This document shows positions 23,648 to 32,556 of a stretch of 64,000 nucleotides of DNA, piece by piece. The notes beneath the pieces were generated by a model, which was given only the letters and a program-made list of their open reading frames with translations, searched no databases and was not told the DNA's origin. The position numbers were made by a program, and so were the translations under genes. Position 1 is the stretch's first letter. Each line of letters opens with the position of its first letter. Source of the stretch: an uncultured bacterium (GTDB taxonomy: Bacteria; Verrucomicrobiota; Verrucomicrobiia; Limisphaerales; UBA11358); the NCBI GenBank assembly GCA_963723125.1, contig CAVRPQ010000001.1, positions 761,767 through 825,766 of the forward strand. The letters are read 5' to 3'.

Positions 23648-25665
23648 ACGAAAACCACCAACGCCATCTGCTCGCCACGTTTCAACACGTGGACAATCTG
23701 CTTTCCGAGGCGGATCACATTCTGGCGTCCGCCGGTTCGTCCTCGCCGTTTCAGGAATACTCGCAGGATTCCACGCCGGTTCAGCGTAAGGTGACGCACG
23801 ATTACATTTTGCGCGTGCGCGAAACCATGCGGCGCATCCTTGACGAACTGAGAATCCCGCCGAAGCCGCCAGTCTCCGGCGCGTTGTGGGCGGCGCGCAA
23901 TCACACGGCCTTCGCCGGTATCGCGGTCACGGAACTCGAACCGGAACACATGCTCGGTTACGGAAAACTCTCGGATGAAGACCAGCAAACACTCGACCGG
24001 ATTGTCGCGGAACTAAACTCGGTTCTCAATCGTCTCAATGCTTATCTCGCTCAAGGAACAGACGCCGATTTGCAGACGCGCCTGCAACGGCTCGAACAAA
24101 CCAAGGACGAGGTGAAATTGCTGCGCGAGTTGGAACGAATCATTACCGCGCACGGTCTGGTTGAATTTCGCGTCACCCTGGCACTTTTGCTCGACCGGCT
24201 GGAAATGAACACGTTTGAAATTGGCGTCTTCGGGCGGGTCAGTTCCGGCAAATCGTCTTTGCTCAATCATCTGCTCGACGGCGAATTTCTGCCGGTGGGC
24301 GTGACGCCCGTGACGGCTGTGCCGACGCGAATCAGTTTTGGTCCGCAGCCGGAAGCCACGGTTGAATTTGCAGAAAGCAAACCGCAAATCGTTGAGTTGA
24401 CACGCCTCGCTGAATTCTCCACGGAGCAACAAAACCCCGGCAACGCCAAACACGTCACGCGGATTCACGTTCAAATCCCGGCGAAGCGCCTTCGCGAAGG
24501 TGTCACCTTCGTGGACACGCCCGGCCTCGGCTCGCTGGCAACTTCAGGCGCGGAAGAAACCGCCGCTTACCTGCCGCGTTGCGATTTGGGAATCGTGTTG
24601 CTCGACGCGGGCGCGGCGTTGACACAAGAAGACCTTGTCGTGGTTCGGTCGCTTTATCGCGCCGGCGCAACGGCAACAGTGCTCATTAGCAAGGCGGATT
24701 TGATCGCCCCACCCGACCGCGAGCGAATGATTGCCTACGTTCGCCGGCACTTGCTCTCGGAACTGAACTTGAACCTGTCGGTGCATCCAGTCAGTGTGGT
24801 TGCTGCGGAAATGCAGCTTTGCGACGAATGGTTTGAGCACGAATTAAAACCTTTGCTCGAATTACATCGGGAAAATGCCGTCACGTCATTGAAACGCAAA
24901 ATCGGCGGCTTGCGCGAAACTGTGGAGCGCATGCTTGAAACCCGACTTGAAAACACACGTGGCGGCGACACTCAAGGTGCTACAACTTCAGTTTCCCAGC
25001 GCAAGGAAGCCGCCGAGGCGCTCCGAAATGCCGACGCGATTCTGGAAACCGCGCAACGAAGCGGCGATTCGCTGGCTTACAAGATTCGTTCGCTGGTGGA
25101 ACAAGTTATTGAAGTTCTTGCCGACGACGTTGCCGCCGTCTGGAGCAAAGCAAATGGAAAATCCAAAACGGCTGCGGAAATCGTTTCCGACTCGTTGAGC
25201 CAAATCGTTTCGAGTCAAGGCGCAAAGTGTGTCGCTGCGCTGGCCCAAGTGCGGGAGCAACTCGCGCAAACGTTGCAATCAGCACATCGGGCGTCGCGCG
25301 TCACCCGCGAGCCGCCCGAAGCATTACCGGAAGCGAGCGGATTGCCGTTGATTGATGTCTCGCCGGTTTCCCGCAGGATCACCCTCAAAAAGCCGATGCT
25401 GTTGCCGATTTTCGGCCAAGCCGTTCTGCGAAGCTACGTCCGCCAGCAGTTGAAGCAACAACTCGGCGATGCTTTTTCCGAATTTTTAGGGCTGGCGGGC
25501 AAACAATGGGAGCAATGGTATCGGCGCGCGCTGGCTGAATTGCAAAGAACCTTTGCCGCCAGCGCCGGAATTTATCAGGCACAGTTACAGCAATTGTCGG
25601 GCACCGCATCCGGCGAATCGGAACTTCAAAAAGACCTGGATGTTTTGAAAAGCTGGCCCAAATAA
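23644..25665 (+). CDS. dynamin-like GTPase, paralog 1
   Basis: ATGA overlap with the upstream stop. G1 GRVSSGKSSLLN, G3 FVDTPGLGS, G4 ISKADL, followed by a long helical stalk. Confidence 0.8.
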   Translation: MNENHQRHLLATFQHVDNLLSEADHILASAGSSSPFQEYSQDSTPVQRKVTHDYILRVRETMRRILDELRIPPKPPVSGALWAARNHTAFAGIAVTELEPEHMLGYGKLSDEDQQTLDRIVAELNSVLNRLNAYLAQGTDADLQTRLQRLEQTKDEVKLLRELERIITAHGLVEFRVTLALLLDRLEMNTFEIGVFGRVSSGKSSLLNHLLDGEFLPVGVTPVTAVPTRISFGPQPEATVEFAESKPQIVELTRLAEFSTEQQNPGNAKHVTRIHVQIPAKRLREGVTFVDTPGLGSLATSGAEETAAYLPRCDLGIVLLDAGAALTQEDLVVVRSLYRAGATATVLISKADLIAPPDRERMIAYVRRHLLSELNLNLSVHPVSVVAAEMQLCDEWFEHELKPLLELHRENAVTSLKRKIGGLRETVERMLETRLENTRGGDTQGATTSVSQRKEAAEALRNADAILETAQRSGDSLAYKIRSLVEQVIEVLADDVAAVWSKANGKSKTAAEIVSDSLSQIVSSQGAKCVAALAQVREQLAQTLQSAHRASRVTREPPEALPEASGLPLIDVSPVSRRITLKKPMLLPIFGQAVLRSYVRQQLKQQLGDAFSEFLGLAGKQWEQWYRRALAELQRTFAASAGIYQAQLQQLSGTASGESELQKDLDVLKSWPK

Positions 25666-25869
25666 CATTCCGCCGCTAAACCGGATCACTGCGGAATTGA
25701 AAGAACTGCTCGGCAGCCTAGACAATCACCTCGCCCAAGGCGGCACAGACGCGGATTCGCCGGAAGCAAAACCGCTGAACAATTTGTGAATCCTCTGAGT
25801 TTTGAAAAATAACCGACATAGCATTGAAGCCTGCCGGCAAGCTGGTATGCTTCCGCCAGCGCGAATCAA

Positions 25870-27777
25870 ATGCCCAAGAAAATCCAACGAACCAGTAGAG
25901 CCAAACGCCAGCAAAACAGCTCTGCCGCTCTGCATGAAGACACGCTGCCGTATCGCGTCAATAGCACTATTGTTGGTCAAGAGCGCAAGGTCTTATTTAA
26001 CGCCGCGCGCTCGCCAAAGCATGTGGACAAGCCATTCAGTGGAGACATTGCTGCGGGCAAAAACACCTACGTTTACGACGCTCACACCTACCACACAAAA
26101 GTTCCGCCTCAAGGCATTGAGAAGTTGATTGAGTATTACACGCGCCCCGGTGACGTCGTGCTTGATCCTTTTTGCGGCTCCGGCATGACGGGTGTTGCTG
26201 CGACGCAGCGTGGGCGCAAAGCGTTGTTGAGCGATTTATCGCCGGCGGCGGTTTTCATCGCGCGAAATCTCAATACGCCGGCGGATGCGGACAAGTATCT
26301 ACAAGCGGTTCGCGCCATGCTGGAATCGTCTTCAAAGATTGAACACTCGCTTTACGACACGCGCTGCCGGCGTTGTGGCGAGCGGGTCCCGATGCTTTAC
26401 ATGGTTTGGAGTTACGGCGTCATTTGTCCGCACTGTGAACGCGAGATTGTTCTTTGGGACGTGGCGCGCGACGAACGGGAAAGCGTGCGCGAGAGTAAAA
26501 TCCTTTCTGAATTCAATTGTCCACATTGCAAGAGCCATTTGAAAAAGCGCGGCTTGAAGCGAACAAAACGCCATGCAGTTCAGGTGGGTTACAAATGCTG
26601 CACTCGCAGCTTAAAGGAAGCGACTGCGCCGCTGGATGATTTTGACAAATCGCAACTACAGCGGATCGGGCGGGCCGGCGTGCCGCGCGGGTTGTGGTAT
26701 CCAACCGCCGCTTTTCCGCCCGGGATCAACACGCGCCAGCCGATTGCCGCTGGCATCACGACTGTGGACAAAGCTTACACGCCGCGCGCCCTCTACGCGA
26801 TGGCTCACCTCTGGGATGCCGCCTCCCGCTGGCCGGACAAAGCAATGCGTGAAAAATTGCACTTCACGCTGACTTCGCTCTACCAGCGCGTGACGCTTTT
26901 TTCAGAATTCCGATTTTGGGGCGGCAGTGGGAATACTGCCAACTACAACGTCCCGTTCATCATAAATGAACAAAACGTCTTTCGCACGTTTGCCCGCAAG
27001 GCCAATACCATCAGTTGGTATTTCAAGACCGCGCCGCGCGTTCCGCGAGAGGTCGAAGTTCGCACCCAATCCGCGTGTCGTCTGACGCATATTCCCGACA
27101 AATCCGTGGATTACATCTTTACCGATCCGCCGTTTGGCGGAAATATCAACTATTCAGAAATGAATTATCTTTGGGAAAGCTGGCTGGGTGAGCGCACGGA
27201 AACAGCAGAGGAAGCCATCATCAATTCCGTTCAGGGCAAAGGCGCGCCGGAATATCGCGCGCTGCTTTGCAAGGCGTTTCGCGAATGCCGGCGCGTGCTC
27301 AAAGACGACGCTTGGATGACCGTGATTTTCCACAATTCATCCGACGAAGTATGGAAGGCGTTGCAAGGAGCACTCATGGACGCGGGATTTGCGGTGGAGG
27401 GAACGCAGACCTTCGACAAGGAACACGGCACATTCAAGCAGTTCGTTTCCGAAAATGCGGTTGGCTACGATTTGGTTTTGCACTGCCGCAAGACCGAGAC
27501 CGCGCGGACGTTCAGCGTGCAAACTCAAAAACAAATCATCTCGGACGCCGCTGAATTTATTCGCAGCCGGCTGGCTGGCAACGGCGAACGATACTTGGTC
27601 CATTATCTTCATGTTGACCGCGCCGCAGAAGTTGACTACCGAAAACTTTACGCGGAATGGCTGGCCATTGCCGTTCCTGATACGCTAGTTTCAATCGGTT
27701 TCGAGGAATTCCGCGCCGTGGCAGAAAAAGTCGCGCCCAAATTGAAGCTTCAACCCAAACAACTCGCATTTGTCTGA
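25870..27777 (+). CDS. DNA methyltransferase (N6-A or N4-C), alpha-type motif order
   Basis: Motif I VVLDPFCGSGMTG, motif IV IFTDPPFGG about 300 aa downstream. Cys pairs CRRCG...CPHCE and CPHCKSH lie between them. Confidence 0.85.
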   Translation: MPKKIQRTSRAKRQQNSSAALHEDTLPYRVNSTIVGQERKVLFNAARSPKHVDKPFSGDIAAGKNTYVYDAHTYHTKVPPQGIEKLIEYYTRPGDVVLDPFCGSGMTGVAATQRGRKALLSDLSPAAVFIARNLNTPADADKYLQAVRAMLESSSKIEHSLYDTRCRRCGERVPMLYMVWSYGVICPHCEREIVLWDVARDERESVRESKILSEFNCPHCKSHLKKRGLKRTKRHAVQVGYKCCTRSLKEATAPLDDFDKSQLQRIGRAGVPRGLWYPTAAFPPGINTRQPIAAGITTVDKAYTPRALYAMAHLWDAASRWPDKAMREKLHFTLTSLYQRVTLFSEFRFWGGSGNTANYNVPFIINEQNVFRTFARKANTISWYFKTAPRVPREVEVRTQSACRLTHIPDKSVDYIFTDPPFGGNINYSEMNYLWESWLGERTETAEEAIINSVQGKGAPEYRALLCKAFRECRRVLKDDAWMTVIFHNSSDEVWKALQGALMDAGFAVEGTQTFDKEHGTFKQFVSENAVGYDLVLHCRKTETARTFSVQTQKQIISDAAEFIRSRLAGNGERYLVHYLHVDRAAEVDYRKLYAEWLAIAVPDTLVSIGFEEFRAVAEKVAPKLKLQPKQLAFV

Positions 27778-27779
27778 TC

Positions 27780-28759
27780 ATGGCCAAAGTTCAAACTCTT
27801 CCAGCGTTCACGCTCGACCAAAGGACCAGAGCACATGCGCTGCTCGCTGCGAAAGTCGCCTACATGATGGGGCGCAAATTTGAGGAGGGTGACTGGGCGG
27901 AAGTTTATTGCAAGGCCAAGGGCATTCCGGTCCGGGGTTGGAGCAACCTGAACATTGACCTCATGCACGAGGGCCTCGGCGTCGAACACAAGATGCTCTG
28001 TTACCGTTCGGATGCCGACCTCGCGGAAGCCTTCGGGCAAACGCTCATGCACCCGGCAGCAACGCGTTCCATCCGGGTGCCGCCGACCAACGTTGCCGCT
28101 GACAAAGCGATGCGGGACATTTTCCAACAGTATGCGGCGCTGATTCAGCAACGGACAAACAAAGTCAGCGAAACCGCGCCGAAGGGCAAAGAATCGGATA
28201 TGCGGACCGGCTGGCTTTTGTGGCAGGAAAGCTTGCGCCAGTTCCTGTATTTTGAAGAACCGATGCTCGCTCCCGATCCGAAGGATTTTTATGCCGAGTG
28301 GCACGATAGCGGTGGTGGCGCGCGCAAGGCTAGTCGTAATCTCTGGGTTTTGACAAAGCCACCGGCCACAAACGCTATTCCATCACCACATCCGCCGGCG
28401 CAAAAATTCAGCCCTACTTCGATGTGCCGCCGCCGAACGATCCAAACGTGTATCTGTTCACCGTCATCGGTGAAGTGATCGGGGTCGGGATGGTGCGGGT
28501 CTGGCTGACCATCGCGACATTTCGGGAATTGAAACGCGTGCTCGGCGAATTCGACACAGCCAAGCTCAGTGAGTTTGTATTGCGGAAACTGGAGGGTATC
28601 TCACCGAGCCTGACAATTCGGGAGGGAAATGAACCTGCCGCTGAATCCATTATTTTGACGGCAGACGCTTATTTGAAGCTCAAGGCCGTGTTCCCCGGCG
28701 TAAACGACGACAACAGTTTTCAGTTATTTCTCGAACTTCTGGGTGGCAGACAATCATAA
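27780..28759 (+). pseudogene. putative PD-(D/E)xK restriction endonuclease, frameshifted
   Basis: Starts 2 nt after the methyltransferase stop. Candidate catalytic NIDLMHEGLGVEHK. The reading frame jumps at G3T4 (28345-28351); one extra T restores ...RNLWVFDKATGHKRYSITTS... (326 aa). Confidence 0.6.
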
Positions 28760-28828
28760 ATTTCATTTTTAAGATATTGCTGGTTTTGCGGCGCTTGCCA
28801 TTGAAGCAGCGGATGCTATATTGAATCC

Positions 28829-28911
28829 GGCAATGGAATCTGCCTCCCGGCTCGCGGGAAAACGCCCTCCGGCTAATGACTCCTACCAAAACAAAATGAA
28901 ATGGTAGTGGG
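28829..28911 (+). promoter_or_regulatory. structured 5' leader, copy 3
   Basis: GGCA/TGCC, CCCG/CGGG, core GGCTAATGACTCCTAC, 3' arm GGTAGTGGG ending 2 nt before ATG 28914. TTGCCA-16-TATATT promoter at 28795-28822. Confidence 0.65.
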
Positions 28912-28913
28912 TT

Positions 28914-29668
28914 ATGAAAGTGCTCATCCTCTCCGATGTTCACGGTAACTGGCCGGCGCTCCGCGCCGTTCTCGAAACCGAATCTGATGCCGACCAGATT
29001 CTCTTTCTGGGCGACCTCGTCAATTTTGGTCCGCAGCCCGCCGAATGCGTGGCTTGGGCGAAGGAACTCGTGCCGCCGGAATGGGTGATTCAGGGGAACC
29101 ACGACCGGGCGGTCGGATGCGGTGAAGACCCGCATTGTTCGTCCGCTTACGCAGTGCTGGCCAAAGCAACGCAGCCGATCAGCGAACGGATGCTCGCGCC
29201 GGAACTGAAACAATTTCTCGCCAAACTTGAGCCGCTGCACCGCTGCGAGTTGGGAAAGGCGGAATGTGTCGCCTGCCACGCCACTCCGAATGATCCGCTT
29301 TACGGTTACCTGCCTGAAACCGCGCCGGCGACACTTTGGAACGCCGAACTGCTCGCGGCAGGGCTGCCGGACTTTTTTTCCTCGGGCATACGCATGTTCC
29401 AATGAAAACACGGCTGATGAAAATGCTCATTGTCAATCCTGGCAGCGTTGGCTTGCCGCAACACGGCGATCCGCAGGCGGCTTATGCAGTTTGGGAGGAC
29501 GGCGAGGTTGAGCTTCGTCGCAAGGCTTATGATGTCGAGGAAACCATTCGCGCTTACTACGAGCTTGGGATTGCACCAAAGGTGCTGGAACGATTGACGG
29601 AAATGTTGCGAACCGGAAAAGGGCTGTCGCCGGAACATTTCGACGACGTTGTAAAAACCCCGGCGTAA
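28914..29668 (+). pseudogene. YfcE-like metallophosphoesterase, paralog 1, frameshifted at a T7 run
   Basis: SDVHGNWPAL, LGDLVNFG, GNHD. The frame changes at T7 (29373-29379); T8 would give PDFFFLGHTHVPMKT, collinear with paralog 2. Confidence 0.75.
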
Positions 29669-29681
29669 AAGGCAATGAACC

Positions 29682-30818
29682 ATGAAAATGCTTCTCATAT
29701 CCGACATCCACGGCAACTGGCCTGCGCTGCAAGCGGTGTTGGCGGCCGAGCCAGATGCCGATCAGATTCTTTGTCTCGGCGACCTCGTCAACTACGGACC
29801 GCAGCCGGCGGAATGTGTCGCTTGGGCGATGAAAACGCTGACTGCCGAATGGCTGATTCAAGGCAACCATGACCGCGCCGTGGCGCTGGACGAAGACCCG
29901 CGTTCGTCCGTGCCTTACAAGGCGCTGGCGACCGCGACTCAAGAATTAAGCGCGAGTGTGGTTTCACCGGAGATGAAACAGTTCCTCGCCGCATTGCAGC
30001 CGCTGCAACGGTTCAAGTTGAATGAAATCATGTGCGTTGCGTGCCACGCCGTGCCGTCGGACCCGCTCTACACCTATCTGCCGGAAACCGCTTCAGTGCC
30101 GCTTTGGGAATCCGAACTGAATGGCATTGGCTATCCCGATTTTTTATTCATCGGCCACACGCACAAGCCGACGAAAACACGCTTTCGCCGGACGCTGATC
30201 GTGAACCCCGGCAGTGTCGGGCAGCCCAAAGACGGCGACCCGCGCGCGGCGTATGCCATTTGGGAGGACGGCGAAGTAACGCTGCGTCGCGCGGCTTACG
30301 ATGTTGAGGAAACCATTCGCGCCTGCCGCAGCACACGACTCGATCCGCAGATGGTAGATGCGTTGGCCGAAGTGTTGCGCACCGGCGGGCACTTGCCGCT
30401 TGATCAAAACCCTTATGAACAATTCAACGCCCATTTCCAAAAGCATCCAGACAAGCTCGCCGGACTTTTTCACCTGCAAAAGCTATTGAACAAACGCATC
30501 GGCGTGGACACGGACAAGATGACCGAAGCCCAGCGGCGGCAATGGCTTCTAAACTATTGCCTGGCGATGGACCAGGAACTGTCCGAGTTGGTGAATTGCG
30601 TGCCGTGGAAGTGGTGGGCGAGTTATCAGAAATTCGACAAACAAAACGCACGGGTTGAAATCGTGGACTTGTTGCACTTCCTCATTTCGCTGGCACAAGT
30701 GATGGAAATGACGCCGGACGAATTATTCGAGGCTTACACGAAGAAACATATCGTCAATCTCGCGCGGCAAGACTCCGGTTACACCGTCAAAGATGAAAGC
30801 GACAACAAGCACATTTGA
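29682..30818 (+). CDS. metallophosphoesterase fused to a dimeric-dUTPase-like (all-alpha NTP pyrophosphatase) domain
   Basis: N-terminal half: SDIHGNWPAL, GDLVNYG, GNHD, GHTH. C-terminal half: LAMDQELSELVNCVPWKWW...ARVEIVDLLHFLISLA resembles dUTPase_2/MazG-type folds. Confidence 0.7.
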   Translation: MKMLLISDIHGNWPALQAVLAAEPDADQILCLGDLVNYGPQPAECVAWAMKTLTAEWLIQGNHDRAVALDEDPRSSVPYKALATATQELSASVVSPEMKQFLAALQPLQRFKLNEIMCVACHAVPSDPLYTYLPETASVPLWESELNGIGYPDFLFIGHTHKPTKTRFRRTLIVNPGSVGQPKDGDPRAAYAIWEDGEVTLRRAAYDVEETIRACRSTRLDPQMVDALAEVLRTGGHLPLDQNPYEQFNAHFQKHPDKLAGLFHLQKLLNKRIGVDTDKMTEAQRRQWLLNYCLAMDQELSELVNCVPWKWWASYQKFDKQNARVEIVDLLHFLISLAQVMEMTPDELFEAYTKKHIVNLARQDSGYTVKDESDNKHI

Positions 30819-30821
30819 AAC

Positions 30822-32462
30822 ATGAATCAGGTGGATGGCATTCTCAACCGCGTCTCCGGTTTGGCCGGGGAATTGAAGCTGGCCAATCTCCAGCCGCAAA
30901 TCGCCGCGTGCCGGAAACAATTCAACGGCAGCAGCCACGGCATTGACGTGGCGGTATTTGGCCGGTTCAAAGCAGGTAAAAGTTCGTTCCTCAACCATTT
31001 GACCGGACGCGCCGTGCTGCCCATCGGCGTCGTGCCGCTTACGGCGGTCATCACGCGGCTGCGCTTTGGGCCTGCCGAGAAGGTCACGGTGCGTTTCCTG
31101 AACGGCAGCGCCAAAACCATTCCGCTTGGAGAAATCGGTCTCTACGTTGGCGAGAAGGAAAATCCGAACAATCAAAAGCAGGTTGGGTCAGTCGAAGTCG
31201 AACTGCCCGCACTCAAGCTGCTGGAGCCGCTGGAATTCGTGGACACGCCGGGCCTCGGCAGCGCATTCACGCACAACACCGAAACCACCTTCCAATGGCT
31301 GCCCTATGTTGGCGCCGCGCTCGTGGCGGTCAGTTGCGACGCGCCATTGTCGGAGCGCGACTTGGCGCTGCTGGACGAATTGCGCCGTCACACGCCGAAA
31401 ATCGTTTTGCTGTTGACGAAAGCAGATTTGCTGAACGAACCGCAGCGCGCCGAAGTGTTGTCGTTTGTCCGCCAGCAACTCCGCCAGAAATTGGAAACGG
31501 ACTTGCCGGTTTTTTTCTATTCCGTGAAGCCGGAATGCACGACTCTGAAGACCGAACTCGAACAAAATCTTTTATCACCGCTTATCCGCAATCGCGGCGA
31601 AGCCGCTGACCAGATTGGACGGCACAAACTGCTCTCGCTGGTGGGGCGGACGCTGGATTATCTGCGTGTCGCGCTGGCTGCGGCGACGCAGGCGGAATCT
31701 TCGCGCGCGGCGTTGCGCGAAAAACTGGCGGACGAACGCCGCCAGTTCGATTTGTTCCGCGAAGAACTTCAGGTGCTATCGCGCCAGTGGTCGGCCCAGG
31801 CGCTGAATCAGTCGCTGCTCAAATTGAAACCGCGACAAGAAGCCTTACAGGAACAAATCACAACCGGGTTGCAGGCGCAGCTTCCGCATTGGCCGTCGCG
31901 ATTGCCGCCGCTGTTGCGAACGTGGCGTGAATGGTTGCAAAACATCCTGAACCATGAACTCACCGATATTTCGAGCGCGGAAAAGACGACCTTCCTTGAA
32001 CCGCTAAAGCGCGTGGAACAACACCTGATGCGGACGCTTCAAGCCCTTCAGCATCGGCTCGCCGGACATGTGCAAGCTGCGCTCGGCGTCACGCTCGCGC
32101 CACACGATATTGTCCTCGAAGTGCCCGAACCTGCCGCGCCGCCGATTGACATCGGTTATGTGGACGCGGCATTCAGCCTCATCAGCCCGCTCATTCCGAT
32201 GAGTTTATTCAGTCCGGCGATTGAACGGTCGCTGCTGCGGAAATCGCGCTGGGAAACCGAGAAAAATCTTTCGCGCCTGGCATCCAACTGGCGCGACCGC
32301 GTAGCCAAAGGCATCAGCGAGTTGACCCGGCAGGCCGAGCAGCAGGCGCTGGACGAACTGGCTGCGCTCGAACACACGCTGAAGCAAACCGCCTCCAAAG
32401 CGCCCGAATTGAAACGAGCCATTGAGGAGTTGGAACAGTTCCAGGAGCGATTACGTGGATGA
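30822..32462 (+). CDS. dynamin-like GTPase, paralog 2
   Basis: G1 GRFKAGKSSFLN, G3 FVDTPGLGS, G4 LTKADL. The GTPase domain is collinear with paralog 1 (23644-25665). Confidence 0.8.
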   Translation: MNQVDGILNRVSGLAGELKLANLQPQIAACRKQFNGSSHGIDVAVFGRFKAGKSSFLNHLTGRAVLPIGVVPLTAVITRLRFGPAEKVTVRFLNGSAKTIPLGEIGLYVGEKENPNNQKQVGSVEVELPALKLLEPLEFVDTPGLGSAFTHNTETTFQWLPYVGAALVAVSCDAPLSERDLALLDELRRHTPKIVLLLTKADLLNEPQRAEVLSFVRQQLRQKLETDLPVFFYSVKPECTTLKTELEQNLLSPLIRNRGEAADQIGRHKLLSLVGRTLDYLRVALAAATQAESSRAALREKLADERRQFDLFREELQVLSRQWSAQALNQSLLKLKPRQEALQEQITTGLQAQLPHWPSRLPPLLRTWREWLQNILNHELTDISSAEKTTFLEPLKRVEQHLMRTLQALQHRLAGHVQAALGVTLAPHDIVLEVPEPAAPPIDIGYVDAAFSLISPLIPMSLFSPAIERSLLRKSRWETEKNLSRLASNWRDRVAKGISELTRQAEQQALDELAALEHTLKQTASKAPELKRAIEELEQFQERLRG

Positions 32463-32542
32463 TTTACGATTTACAATTTGCGATTTACGCGGTTCAGATG
32501 AAACCGGCGCGCTCGTAAATCGTAAATCTGAAATCGTAAATC
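32461..32542. repeat. long hairpin built from heptamer arrays (GATTTAC-type)
   Basis: Left arm gatttacgatttacaatttgcgatttacg, right arm cgtaaatcgtaaatctgaaatcgtaaatc, loop of about 24 nt. Begins at the stop codon of the GTPase gene. Confidence 0.8.
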
Positions 32543-32556
32543 CCAAGGATGGTTCG

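Noticed and set aside
25667-25789. Protein-like frame just after the dynamin-like gene stop (IPPLNRITAELKELLGSLDNHLAQGGTDADSPEAKPLNNL).
   Set aside because: It has no start codon and is only 40 codons. It could be a lost C-terminal extension (another frameshift) or chance, and I cannot support it as a feature.
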